Below are positions 1 to 9,422 of a stretch of DNA of 64,000 nucleotides, one piece after another. The translations under genes and the position numbers were made by a program. Source of the DNA: Halarcobacter sp. (lineage in GTDB: Bacteria > Campylobacterota > Campylobacteria > Campylobacterales > Arcobacteraceae); contig OY781089.1 of NCBI GenBank assembly GCA_963676565.1, positions 2,432,001 to 2,496,000 on the forward strand, read 5' to 3'. The notes below the pieces were generated by a model. The model was not told the DNA's origin. It saw only the letters and a list, made by a program, of their open reading frames with translations, and ran no database searches. The first letter of the stretch is position 1. Each line of letters begins with the position of its first letter.

Positions 1-1
1 C

Positions 2-193
2 TTAGAAGTACATCCTAGAAAAATCACATTAGATATTGAAGATAATCAAGAAGAGAGCCTAAAAACTAAACTAAGAAGTTTAGGTTACCCCTTAACTACT
101 GATGAATTAAGTGGTTTTGATAAAGCAGCAACAACTGCAAAAAGTTTTGTATCTTGTGCAGTTGGTAAATTTAATGTTGCAACTTCAAAATAA
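2..193 (+). CDS. 3' end of heavy-metal-associated (HMA-like) domain protein (partial, starts before window)
   Basis: Manual translation of frame 2: LEVHPRKITLDIED...LRSLGYP...AKSFVSCAVGKFNVATSK*, TAA at 191-193. LGYP and KSFVSCAVG resemble the C-terminus of small HMA proteins. Confidence 0.6.
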   Translation, partial: LEVHPRKITLDIEDNQEESLKTKLRSLGYPLTTDELSGFDKAATTAKSFVSCAVGKFNVATSK

Positions 194-200
194 TACAATT

Positions 201-225
201 AAAAAACGTGAATCACACGTTTTTT
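201..225. terminator. Bidirectional intrinsic terminator
   Basis: AAAAAACGTG-AATCA-CACGTTTTTT perfect hairpin between convergent genes. Confidence 0.75.
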
Positions 226-228
226 AAT

Positions 229-1290
229 CTACTGTAAAAGTGGTAATTTATTTAAAAGTTTTTCACAATATTCCCATTGATCAAGAGTCTCTTTCCATTC
301 ATTTGGAATAGCATCTATTCCAAAATATGCACCTAAAACCATTCCTATCATAATACCCCTTGAAGCATTATCTCCTCCAACCATTGCATTTGCCTGCAAT
401 GCTTTTTTTAGCCCATCTTCTTTATCTTGATATTTTAATATAAAATACACACTTCCAGGTAATGTTCCTTCAGTGGGACTTGCTTTTCCAACTTTAATTG
501 GTTCGCTTCTACCAACATCCCATAATCTTGCCATCGAAGTTAATGCCAAGTCATCACTAAATTGTTCTTTTGATAAAGCAGATTCTGGATTTTTTTCCTC
601 TTCATATTTTGCAATTGCTTGCTTTATCTTATCTTCAAAAAAACCACCCATTTGAACCGAAACTTCTTTAATTGCATCATTTGGTTTCATACCATTTATT
701 ACTCTATTTGTAACTCTCGCAAAAAACTCTGCTCCACCAAGGGCATGCTTTTCTCTATGGGTAAACATAACTTTTTTAGCTACATCAACTAATATATCCT
801 CATCATCATAATATGCATGAGCAGCAACATGTCTTATGGCTGTTGCATTTGAGAAACCCCCTAAGTTCTCTATAGGCACTCCTTGTCTCACTTGAGAATA
901 AGTTTCCCTTGTCATAGTACATATCCATGAACCCCAACCGTTTTCTAGTCTATTCATCCAATGTGGTATAATATTTTGAACTTTGAATTCTCTTGGAGGA
1001 TTTGATATACTTGCTAAGTGTTCTAAAACAAGGATATTATAATCTCCATAATCAGTTGTTCCTCCAGCCTTTTTACCTGGATGATAATTTTGTTCACCCC
1101 AACCTATTCCATGTGTCATTCCACCCATCATTTCTCCTGGGCTCATAAATTTTTCAATAGGCTTTTCTCCATATGCTTTAAATATTTTTTTTGCATCATA
1201 TTCATAATGACTACCTAAACATAAAGCATCTGCAACAATAGAGCTAAAAAATGCTCCTCTGATTGAATCTTCTTTTGATATATTTTTCAT
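229..1290 (-). CDS. ADP-ribosylglycohydrolase family protein (J1-crystallin/SelJ-like)
   Basis: N-terminal IRGA...VADAL.LG, TDYGD, and C-terminal GGDNASRGIMIG...GA..G..AIP..W ARH motifs. Confidence 0.85.
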   Translation of the reverse strand: MKNISKEDSIRGAFFSSIVADALCLGSHYEYDAKKIFKAYGEKPIEKFMSPGEMMGGMTHGIGWGEQNYHPGKKAGGTTDYGDYNILVLEHLASISNPPREFKVQNIIPHWMNRLENGWGSWICTMTRETYSQVRQGVPIENLGGFSNATAIRHVAAHAYYDDEDILVDVAKKVMFTHREKHALGGAEFFARVTNRVINGMKPNDAIKEVSVQMGGFFEDKIKQAIAKYEEEKNPESALSKEQFSDDLALTSMARLWDVGRSEPIKVGKASPTEGTLPGSVYFILKYQDKEDGLKKALQANAMVGGDNASRGIMIGMVLGAYFGIDAIPNEWKETLDQWEYCEKLLNKLPLLQ

Positions 1291-1330
1291 GGTTTATTCA
1301 CCTATTTTTATTTTTTTAATTATAACTTGG

Positions 1331-1357
1331 AAAAATTGATTTAATCTGTCAATTTTT
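1331..1357. promoter_or_regulatory. 9-9-9 inverted repeat, candidate operator in divergent intergenic region
   Basis: AAAAATTGA-N9-TCAATTTTT, just upstream of a minus-strand TATAAT for the ARH gene. Confidence 0.3.
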
Positions 1358-1470
1358 ATTAAAACTAATTATTTAGTCTTTTATTATTTACAATAAACAT
1401 TTTATAATTAATTAACATTTCTATAATATATTATATTATAAAATGCTCATTATTTTAAAAGGACAATTTT

Positions 1471-1836
1471 ATGAAAAAAATCTTATTTTCACTTGTTTTA
1501 GTAGGCTTTACTTCTTTATTTGCAGCAGATAGTAATTCTATCAAACACTTTGGATTTTCTGGAATTTTTGGATATGCAGGAGAAACTATAATTCATGATT
1601 ACGAATCATTAAGCCAAACAGAAAAAGTTTTATATGGAACAGCTATTGGATCAATTCCAGGTCTTACAAAAGAATTAACAGATAAAAAATTTGATAATGA
1701 AGATATGGCATTTAATGTTTTAGGTGCATTAACAGGAAGTTTATTAAGTAACTATTTGAACAATAATGTTTTTATTACGATGGAGCATAACTCAACAAAA
1801 AAAAGTAATAAACTTTTAGTTTCTATGAAATTCTAA
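1471..1836 (+). CDS. Hypothetical exported/membrane protein (YfiM/DUF2279-like)
   Basis: Signal peptide, KHF, G..KELTD and F..ED...N..GA pattern; RBS AAGGA. Confidence 0.5.
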   Translation: MKKILFSLVLVGFTSLFAADSNSIKHFGFSGIFGYAGETIIHDYESLSQTEKVLYGTAIGSIPGLTKELTDKKFDNEDMAFNVLGALTGSLLSNYLNNNVFITMEHNSTKKSNKLLVSMKF

Positions 1837-1861
1837 TAAAAGAGGAAAACCTCTTTTATTA
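1834..1861. terminator. Bidirectional intrinsic terminator
   Basis: TAATAAAAGAGG-AAAA-CCTCTTTTATTA between convergent genes. Confidence 0.8.
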
Positions 1862-1866
1862 TTGTC

Positions 1867-2442
1867 TTATTTTAGATTTTCAGCTACAAAATCCCAATTA
1901 ACTAAAGCCCAAAAGTTCTCTAAATAAACTGGTCTTGCATTTCTTGTATCAATATAGTATGCATGTTCCCAAACATCAACAGTTAAAACCGGAGTTAAAC
2001 CATCAGTAATTGGTGTTCCTGCATTTGATGTTGAAACAATTTTTAAAGCTCCACTTGAATCTTTAACTAACCAAGTCCATCCTGAACCAAAATTATTAAC
2101 AGCAGCATTTGTAAAATCTTCTTTAAATTTATCAACTGAACCAAAAGCTTCTGTTAAAGCACTTGCAACTTCATCGCTAATTTCAGATCCACCAGGAGTT
2201 AATCCATTCCAGAAAAAGTCATGGTTAAATACTTGAGCAGCATTATTAAAAATCCCACCTTCACTACTTTTGATAATCTCTTCTAATGTTTTATCAGCAA
2301 ACTGCGTACCTTCAATTAAACCATTTAATTTAGTTACATATGTTTGGTGGTGTTTTCCATAGTGAAATTCTAAAGTTTCTTTAGACATTTGTGGTTCAAG
2401 TGCATCTAATTCATATGGTAGTTTCATTAATTCGTGTTTCAT
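1867..2442 (-). CDS. sodB: Fe superoxide dismutase
   Basis: LPY..DALEP, HYGKHH, FNNAAQVFNH (Fe-type), FGSGWTWL, DVWEHAYY. Confidence 0.97.
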   Translation of the reverse strand: MKHELMKLPYELDALEPQMSKETLEFHYGKHHQTYVTKLNGLIEGTQFADKTLEEIIKSSEGGIFNNAAQVFNHDFFWNGLTPGGSEISDEVASALTEAFGSVDKFKEDFTNAAVNNFGSGWTWLVKDSSGALKIVSTSNAGTPITDGLTPVLTVDVWEHAYYIDTRNARPVYLENFWALVNWDFVAENLK

Positions 2443-2560
2443 TTAAAATCCTTTTTATAAAATATTATTACTGTTATTTTACTACTATAACTTAAATTAA
2501 AATTAATAAATTTACAGTAAATTTTTTAATTAAGACAGGTTTTGTCCTATTTAATTATAA

Positions 2561-3142
2561 CTACCTTATTAAAAGGTTTTCTAAGTGATTTTCTTTAGCA
2601 AAGTTCAATGCGCTATTGCCAAACTTATCTTTTTCATTTATATTTGCATTGTTTTGTATTAAATAATTTATTAATTTTTTTTGCTTATAGAAAAGTGCAT
2701 AAAATATTGCATTAGCACCTAATTGGTCTTTTAGATTAATATCTACACCAAAAGCGATTAACTTTTTTATAAAAGTTAAGTTTCCTTTATAAACTGAATA
2801 AAATAGTGCATGAAGCTTTTTATTTAAATGTACCATTAAATCAATTTCTTTTTTTAACAAAGTTTCAAAAGCTAGTTTATTATCAACTTGAATTGCCCAG
2901 AAAAGTGCATTTCTTCCATCATTATCCCTTAAGTTTATATCTACACCTAGTTTGATAATATCTTCAAATCTCTGGTCATTTTTTTTTACAATTGATTCAA
3001 AAAAAGCAGACCATCCAAAACTATTTTGATAATTTATATCTGCTCCATTAAAAATTAATTGTTTAAAAGTTTTTTCATCTTCTATATTTGTTAAGAGCAA
3101 ATCAGAAAGTTCATTTTTATCAGTTAAATAATTATTACTCAT
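2561..3142 (-). CDS. Ankyrin repeat protein
   Basis: Repeated GADIN/GVDINL.D..G.NAL.A units. Confidence 0.9.
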   Translation of the reverse strand: MSNNYLTDKNELSDLLLTNIEDEKTFKQLIFNGADINYQNSFGWSAFFESIVKKNDQRFEDIIKLGVDINLRDNDGRNALFWAIQVDNKLAFETLLKKEIDLMVHLNKKLHALFYSVYKGNLTFIKKLIAFGVDINLKDQLGANAIFYALFYKQKKLINYLIQNNANINEKDKFGNSALNFAKENHLENLLIR

Positions 3143-3160
3143 TGTTTTTCCTTTTATAAA

Positions 3161-3175
3161 TGATAATATTTATCA
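3161..3175. promoter_or_regulatory. Fur/PerR-like 7-1-7 box upstream of ankyrin gene
   Basis: TGATAAT-A-TTTATCA, one mismatch to TGATAAT-N-ATTATCA; directly downstream of minus-strand -10 TATACT (3186-3181). Confidence 0.55.
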
Positions 3176-3235
3176 AGGAAAGTATATAAATTTATATTTA
3201 AAGGGTATTTAGAGTATCAGTTAGTTAGTGTTTTT

Positions 3236-3261
3236 AAGTAAAGAGAAAATTCTCTTTACTT
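3236..3261 (-). terminator. Putative intrinsic terminator hairpin
   Basis: AAGTAAAGAGA-AAAT-TCTCTTTACTT spanning the stop of 3256..3846. Confidence 0.5.
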
Positions 3262-3846
3262 TTTAATCAATTCATAAAGTGGTTTAAGAGCTGTTTTAAT
3301 CTCTTCTTTTGTCATAGAACCATCTAAGGCTCCTTCTTTAACACTGCCTTCATAAATTTTTGTAATAGTTCCTTCTTTACTTAAAATAAATGCTGCATAT
3401 TTAGTTTTAGCATTATCAGTTACATAAAGTGCGTTTACCATATCTCCATCAAAATCATAAATCATAGGAATATTAGTTCCTTCATTTAGATCTTCAAGTT
3501 TTCCTGGAATAAACATCTTTTTAACAAACCAAGGTGCACTTGAAATGTTTGCAACCATTACATATGGTAAATCAATACTAAACATAGTTGGTAACTCTTT
3601 AACAACGGCTAAAGAATCATGATTTCCAACAACAATTAGAGTGTCTTGATCTTTTTTAAAAAGAGTTTCTCTTTTTACTTTGTCATCTTTTCCTACAAGT
3701 TCATATTCACTTGGAATAGAATCATATTTCGTAATTTTAACAACATTATCATTTGCCAACATTTGTTTTGGTTTTTCTGCCGTTAAAAAAACTAATAAAG
3801 CAAAACCTGCAACACCTAAAAAAACAACTTTTAAAAGATTCCCCAT
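3256..3846 (-). CDS. Hypothetical membrane-anchored periplasmic protein
   Basis: 196-aa ORF with N-terminal hydrophobic anchor and RBS AAGGA. Confidence 0.7.
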   Translation of the reverse strand: MGNLLKVVFLGVAGFALLVFLTAEKPKQMLANDNVVKITKYDSIPSEYELVGKDDKVKRETLFKKDQDTLIVVGNHDSLAVVKELPTMFSIDLPYVMVANISSAPWFVKKMFIPGKLEDLNEGTNIPMIYDFDGDMVNALYVTDNAKTKYAAFILSKEGTITKIYEGSVKEGALDGSMTKEEIKTALKPLYELIKK

Positions 3847-3907
3847 TTTTGTCCTTCTTTTTTTGAATTTTGAACTAAGATTGTATCAACAATATATTAA
3901 TTATTTA

Positions 3908-5074
3908 TTAATGATTTCTTTTAACCCAACGTTTAAATAATCTATGAGTTAAAACTTCCTCTTGAATATCTTTTTGGTTTATAATATTCTCTACTAAAAG
4001 ATTTGCTAAATATGGAGATAAAACAAAGCCCCTACCCCCAACACCATTTATCACATACAAATCATCTTTTGTAATTAACATATTATTTTTAACATGTGAA
4101 CCATTTTTTAAATGGGGATACTTTTCTATAGTTTTTTCTGAATCTATTATTTTACCTAGCATTGGAAAATAATCAACACTAGATGCCCTTGCCCCAACTT
4201 TTAAACTTCGAACTTCAATATCTTCAAGTTTTAATATATCATTTGCTTTTTCTAATAACTCTTTTGTATCATTCTCACATCTTTCAAGACTATAATTGTG
4301 GGACGTTAATTTATTTATATTAACTCCCTTAATACAAAGGTTACAATCTTTCACACTACACTCAAGTCTATGGTGGGTAGCTCCAATTGAAACAATGTTT
4401 TTCTTTTTTTCTTCATCATATTTAGAAAAAGAGATAGAACAGGCTTTATGGTAGTTTTTTAAAACTTCTGTAGAGGTAAATACATCTATTTTTTGTCCCC
4501 AAACTGCTCTTATATTAAAATATTCTTCTTCGATTAATTCAATATCAGCACCAGTAGTTAAAATAACTCTCTTAGCTTTTAAGTTTCCATTAATAAGCCA
4601 AAAATCTTCATCTTTTTTTAATTTATAAACTTCAAAATCTAAAAGTTTTTCAACATCTTTAGCTAAAAGTTCACAAATTTTTTGAGAATTTACATGGGAA
4701 CCTATATCAAAGAAATAACCATCCCCCTCTTCTTTAAAAGGAAAATCCATATAAGGGATATAACTTTCAAATTTTTGCCTATCTTCTTCATTTTTAGGAA
4801 TTCTAACAACTCCACAATTGTTTATTTCTTCAGGGAAGTTTTCTTTGTAAAAAGAAACAGAAAATTTTAAAGCATTTGTTACTAAATCTTTAAATTTGTT
4901 AGGTTTTCCAAGAAGTGGAGACAAAAAAGCTCCAGCTGCACCACTTGCACCAAAACCAACTTCTGGATTTTTATCTATAAGCAAAATAGAATCTGAATAT
5001 TTAGATAAAAAATGAGCAGTACTACATCCTGCAATACCAGCTCCAATAATAATATAATCGTACACTTTAGACAT
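3908..5074 (-). CDS. FAD-dependent oxidoreductase, stand-alone MnmC C-terminal (oxidase) domain-like
   Basis: IIGAGIAG, GASGAAGA, GATH, VGARASSVDYFPMLG, NGVGGRGFV.SP. Confidence 0.8.
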   Translation of the reverse strand: MSKVYDYIIIGAGIAGCSTAHFLSKYSDSILLIDKNPEVGFGASGAAGAFLSPLLGKPNKFKDLVTNALKFSVSFYKENFPEEINNCGVVRIPKNEEDRQKFESYIPYMDFPFKEEGDGYFFDIGSHVNSQKICELLAKDVEKLLDFEVYKLKKDEDFWLINGNLKAKRVILTTGADIELIEEEYFNIRAVWGQKIDVFTSTEVLKNYHKACSISFSKYDEEKKKNIVSIGATHHRLECSVKDCNLCIKGVNINKLTSHNYSLERCENDTKELLEKANDILKLEDIEVRSLKVGARASSVDYFPMLGKIIDSEKTIEKYPHLKNGSHVKNNMLITKDDLYVINGVGGRGFVLSPYLANLLVENIINQKDIQEEVLTHRLFKRWVKRNH

Positions 5075-5402
5075 TTTTATGAATCTCTTCTAATATTTGA
5101 AAGTTTGGTCGCCAGTAACCTCTACCACCCCTTAAACTAAAACATTTATGATTTGGAAGTTTTTTTCTATAAAAATTCAATCTTTCTTTTGTAGTTTTTC
5201 CAGTATCACAATAAAAAACAAAAATAGTTTTTTCGTCCATTAAGGCCATTTCATATGGGTTATAGGTTATTGTTTCTATATTATTTGATATAGGTTTTAA
5301 TATAGTATCTACAAGAACTATCTTATAGCCTTCTTTTTCTAATTCAATAGCATTTTTAAGTAACTCTTCTTGAGTCCATTCATCTTTAGTAAACATAATC
5401 AT
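5067..5402 (-). CDS. Rhodanese-like domain protein
   Basis: VFYCDTG and SLRGG...W motifs; overlaps the downstream gene by 8 nt. Confidence 0.65.
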   Translation of the reverse strand: MIMFTKDEWTQEELLKNAIELEKEGYKIVLVDTILKPISNNIETITYNPYEMALMDEKTIFVFYCDTGKTTKERLNFYRKKLPNHKCFSLRGGRGYWRPNFQILEEIHKNV

Positions 5403-5447
5403 ATAATTACTAAAAAGGGTTTAAAAAGGGTTAAAGTGTAATTTTTA

Positions 5448-5468
5448 CTTTAGCTATCAACACTCAAC
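5448..5468. promoter_or_regulatory. Second, degenerate HAIR-like HspR operator
   Basis: CTTTAGC-N7-ACTCAAC versus HAIR consensus CTTGAGT-N7-ACTCAAG. Confidence 0.55.
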
Positions 5469-5489
5469 TATGCTAATATAAATTTTTAA

Positions 5490-5510
5490 CTTGATTGACA
5501 ATGACTCAAG
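5490..5510. promoter_or_regulatory. HAIR (HspR-associated inverted repeat) operator of cbpA-hspR
   Basis: CTTGATT-GACAATG-ACTCAAG, one mismatch to consensus, just upstream of TATAAT (5518-5523). Confidence 0.85.
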
Positions 5511-5579
5511 TTTATGATATAATATTAATTAAAAATAGATAATACAAAATTTATAAATAGTTTAGAAGGATAAATTATT

Positions 5580-6467
5580 ATGGCAAAAAGTTTATACGAA
5601 ACATTAGAAATAAATGATACTGCATCTGCAGATGAAATAAAAAAAGCATATAGAAAATTAGCAAGAAAATACCATCCAGATGTAAATAAAGATAAAGATG
5701 CAGAGGAAAAATTTAAAGAGATAAATGCTGCATATGAGGTTTTAAGTGACCCAGAAAAAAAACAACAATATGACCAATTTGGTGACTCAATGTTTGGTGG
5801 ACAAAACTTCCATGATTTTGCAAGAGGTCAAGGACAAAATGTTGATTTAGATGAGATTTTAAGACAAATGTTTGGTGGAGGTTCAGGGTTTGGTTCATCA
5901 GGATTTTCACAAGGTGGTTTTAGTGGATTTGGAGGTTTTGGAAATTCAGGTTTTGCAGAACCAAACTTAGATACACAAGCACAAATTACAATCCCATTTG
6001 ATGTGGCAATTCTAGGGGGGAAACAACATATTTCATTAAATAATGACTCCTTTGATATTAAGATACCTGAGGGGATTAATAATGGACAAAAAATAAGAGC
6101 AAAAGGAAAAGGAAAATCATATAATGGACAAAGGGGTGATTTAATCATAAAGATAAATGTTGCTTCAAGTCCAGATTATGAAAGAGATGGAAGTACCTTA
6201 ACTAAATCTTTTGATGTACCATTAAAAACAGCATTATTTGGTGGAAAAGTTTTAATAAAAACTATCCATAAAGATATTACACTAAAAGTTCCACAAAACA
6301 CTAAACAAAACCAAAAGTTTAGAGTAAAAGAACTTGGAGTATTAGATAGAGTTGCTGGTTCAAAAGGTGACCTATATCTAAAAGCAAATATTGTTTTACC
6401 TAAACTTGAAGATTTAGATGAAGAGTTGGTAAAATCATTGGAAGAAAAATTACCAGAAACAGTTTAA
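5580..6467 (+). CDS. cbpA: DnaJ-class co-chaperone CbpA
   Basis: J domain with HPD, G/F region, C-terminal DnaJ domain, no Zn finger; followed by hspR. Confidence 0.9.
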   Translation: MAKSLYETLEINDTASADEIKKAYRKLARKYHPDVNKDKDAEEKFKEINAAYEVLSDPEKKQQYDQFGDSMFGGQNFHDFARGQGQNVDLDEILRQMFGGGSGFGSSGFSQGGFSGFGGFGNSGFAEPNLDTQAQITIPFDVAILGGKQHISLNNDSFDIKIPEGINNGQKIRAKGKGKSYNGQRGDLIIKINVASSPDYERDGSTLTKSFDVPLKTALFGGKVLIKTIHKDITLKVPQNTKQNQKFRVKELGVLDRVAGSKGDLYLKANIVLPKLEDLDEELVKSLEEKLPETV

Positions 6468-6480
6468 AGGAATATATATC

Positions 6481-6861
6481 ATGGCTAACAATGCTTATAA
6501 TGAACCAGTATATTTAATCTCTGCTGTGGCTGAAATTTTGAGTATTCATCCACAAACTTTAAGGCAATACGAAAGGGAGGGTTTAATTAAACCCTCTAGA
6601 ACAAATGGTAAGATTAGGTTATATTCCCAAAAAGATATTGATCATATTAAATATGTATTAACTCTAACAAGGGAATTAGGAATCAATCTTGCAGGAGTTG
6701 ATTTAATACTTCAATTAAATCAAAAAATAGAATCTTTAGAAGTAGAGGTTCAAAATTATAAAAGTAAATTAAAAGATGTAAATAAGTTTGGTATTGTACC
6801 AAACTCAAAAGCTTTAGTTATTAAAAAAAGTTCTTATGATGTTGTAATTTTTGAAGAATAA
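6481..6861 (+). CDS. hspR: Heat-shock transcriptional repressor HspR (MerR family)
   Basis: EPVYLIS.VAEIL.IHPQTLRQYEREGL, RELGINLAGVD. Confidence 0.95.
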   Translation: MANNAYNEPVYLISAVAEILSIHPQTLRQYEREGLIKPSRTNGKIRLYSQKDIDHIKYVLTLTRELGINLAGVDLILQLNQKIESLEVEVQNYKSKLKDVNKFGIVPNSKALVIKKSSYDVVIFEE

Positions 6862-6886
6862 AGAGTAAAATTAATTACTCTTTATT
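6857..6886. terminator. Bidirectional terminator between hspR and ftsZ
   Basis: AATAAAGAGTAA-N6-TTACTCTTTATT overlapping both stop codons. Confidence 0.75.
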
Positions 6887-8020
6887 TATTTGAAATTGTA
6901 CTTTATAATCTCTCATTAATGGTGGAATATCTAAATAGTTTTCATCATTACTATTTGTTTGTTTTGAAGAATTTTCACCATCATTTACATTTGTTTCATA
7001 AGGTTCATCATTTTTAGATTCAAAACCAGTTGCAACAATAGTGATTTTAACTTCATCTGGCTCTAATGTATTATCAGAAGTTGTACCAAAAATAATCTCT
7101 GCATTTGAATCAATTGTTTCATGAATCCTTGACATTACATCATTAATTGCAAATAAAGATACCTGTGGATGTGTATTAAAATGTATTAAAATACCTTTTG
7201 CACCACCAAGTGAAACTTTATCTAAAAGTGGTGAATCAATTGCATCTTCTAAAGCTCTTTGAGCAGCTTGATCACCTTTAGCTTTTCCTATACCCATTAA
7301 TGCCATACCCTTATGTTGCATAATTGTTTGAACATCAGCAAAGTCGGTATTAATATCTGAATTTCCTGGGTTTAAGATAACCTCAGTCATACCATTAACA
7401 GCTTGGTATAAAATATTATCAATAATTTTAAAGGCATCTTTCATACCAACATTTTCATCAATAATCTCTAAAAGTCTGTCATTTGGTACAACAATAATAG
7501 AATCAGATACTTTTTTAATCTCTTCTAATCCAAGATTTGCAAGCCCTGCTCTTTTTTTACCTTCCCAAGTAAATGGTTTAGTTACAACAGAAACAGTAAG
7601 TGCCCCAATATCTTTCGCTGCTTTTGCAATAATAGCTGCGGCACCTGTACCAGTTCCACCACCAAGACCAGCAGCAATAAATACAATATCAGCACCATTT
7701 AAAGACTCTTTTATATCTTCGTAACTTTCAACTGCAGAATCTCGCCCAACCTCTGGCTTCATTCCAGCACCAAGACCTTTTGTAAGCTTTAATCCCAATT
7801 GAATCTTTTTAGGAGCTTTTGATATTCTAAGAACTTGCAAGTCAGTATTAGCTGCAATTAAATCAATCTTATGAGTTCCTTCGTTAATCATGTGGTTGAT
7901 CATATTACAACCACCTCCACCAACTCCAATTACAGAGATTTTTGCTATATTTTCAGATAAGGTTTTGTTAGGCATTTCCACTTTGATATCATCCACTCCA
8001 AATAAATTTTTATTATCCAT
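6875..8020 (-). CDS. ftsZ: Cell division protein FtsZ
   Basis: GVGGGGCN, GLGGGTGTG, NTDFADV. Start placed at the ATG overlapping the ftsA stop (TAATG) rather than at 8047. Confidence 0.97.
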   Translation of the reverse strand: MDNKNLFGVDDIKVEMPNKTLSENIAKISVIGVGGGGCNMINHMINEGTHKIDLIAANTDLQVLRISKAPKKIQLGLKLTKGLGAGMKPEVGRDSAVESYEDIKESLNGADIVFIAAGLGGGTGTGAAAIIAKAAKDIGALTVSVVTKPFTWEGKKRAGLANLGLEEIKKVSDSIIVVPNDRLLEIIDENVGMKDAFKIIDNILYQAVNGMTEVILNPGNSDINTDFADVQTIMQHKGMALMGIGKAKGDQAAQRALEDAIDSPLLDKVSLGGAKGILIHFNTHPQVSLFAINDVMSRIHETIDSNAEIIFGTTSDNTLEPDEVKITIVATGFESKNDEPYETNVNDGENSSKQTNSNDENYLDIPPLMRDYKVQFQINKE

Positions 8021-9420
8021 TAGAACCACTCCGTAATAGCATTCCAAATTTTGTTAACACCCTTACTCTTATCTTTTTTGTTAAGAGTAGGTAGTCTTCC
8101 AGAATCATCTAATTTTGGGTCCTCTTTTTTAATATTCTTTTTTGCTACTTCTGGCTTAATAGGCGCATTTAAATCTAAACCACTCAAATCTTGACTCTCT
8201 ATTTTTACTGATGATAAATCATCAATCTTTCTTTTTTTAATTAATGCTTTATTTGAATCCAATTCAAAATTTCTATTTGGGTCAAGAGAATATAAAAGTA
8301 ATCCAACTATTGTTGACATTTTTTGATCTTCAAAACTCATATATCCATTTTTGATATTAACTGGATTTGAAACTTTTACTGGTAAATTGTCAAAAATTAA
8401 TGTTGCTAATTCTTGGATACCTTCTAGTTTACTCATTCCACCAGTAATAACAAGTCCTGTTCCTAAAGTTTCGTAAATACCACTTTTTTTAAGATCACTT
8501 TTAATTAAAGTTAAAATCTCTTCAACTCTAGCATGTATAATCGTTTGAACATGTTCTAAAGAGACTTCTGAAGAGATTTTTTCATCACCAATTCTTGGCG
8601 TTCTTATTTTTTTATTTTGAATCTCTTCTAAACTTCTTAATAGATTTCCATATTCAGTTTTTATCTTTTCAGCTGCTACAGGTGGGGTATGAAGCATTAC
8701 AGAAAGGTCATTGGTAATATGATTTGAACCAACAGGTAAAAATCCATTATAGATTAAAGATGAGCCTTTATAACAAACATATTGAGTTGTTGTTGCTCCA
8801 ATATTAATAACCGTTGCTCCAAAGTTTCTTTGTTGATCATCTAGAACAGAAATAGCTGAGGCATATGGGTCTAGAACAAAATTAGTAACTGAAAGGTTTG
8901 CCATTTTCATAGCTGATTTGATATTTGTTAAAGCTGTTTTTTTAGCTGTTACAACAAATACTGAAACTTCAAGTCTTGAACCATTCATATTTAAAGGGTT
9001 CTCAACATCAGCTGAATCATCTATTTTAAAGAAGATTGGTATAACATGAATTACATCATATTCTGGGATAATTGTAGCATTGTATAATGCCATTTGTAAG
9101 ACTTGGTTTATCTCGTTTTCAGTGATAAGTCCATTTGGAATATTTACACTTCCTGAACTTCTAATACATTTCGTGTATGCACCTGATATTGAGACAACAG
9201 TAGACTCAATTGGTTCTGTAGTATTTTTTTGTGCTATTGAAACAGCTTCTCTTATAGAGTTAGAGGCATCTTCAATATTTGAGATTACCCCTTTATTAAT
9301 TCCATCACTCTTAGAAGATCCTGTTCCTAAAATATTTATTTTATAATCTAAATTATTCTTTGCAATAACAGCAGTTATATAAGAAGACCCTATATCTATT
9401 GCTAAGAGAGTTTTATTCAA
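8020..9420 (-). CDS. ftsA: Cell division protein FtsA
   Basis: AIDIGS, NIGATTT, VGSNHITNDLS, ITGGMSKL. Confidence 0.95.
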   Translation of the reverse strand: MNKTLLAIDIGSSYITAVIAKNNLDYKINILGTGSSKSDGINKGVISNIEDASNSIREAVSIAQKNTTEPIESTVVSISGAYTKCIRSSGSVNIPNGLITENEINQVLQMALYNATIIPEYDVIHVIPIFFKIDDSADVENPLNMNGSRLEVSVFVVTAKKTALTNIKSAMKMANLSVTNFVLDPYASAISVLDDQQRNFGATVINIGATTTQYVCYKGSSLIYNGFLPVGSNHITNDLSVMLHTPPVAAEKIKTEYGNLLRSLEEIQNKKIRTPRIGDEKISSEVSLEHVQTIIHARVEEILTLIKSDLKKSGIYETLGTGLVITGGMSKLEGIQELATLIFDNLPVKVSNPVNIKNGYMSFEDQKMSTIVGLLLYSLDPNRNFELDSNKALIKKRKIDDLSSVKIESQDLSGLDLNAPIKPEVAKKNIKKEDPKLDDSGRLPTLNKKDKSKGVNKIWNAITEWF

Positions 9421-9422
9421 AA

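Noticed and set aside
6481..6861. MerR-family gene as possible LitR/CarH regulator of the light cluster
   Set aside because: It is clearly HspR (sequence, cbpA linkage, HAIR boxes) and has no B12-binding domain.
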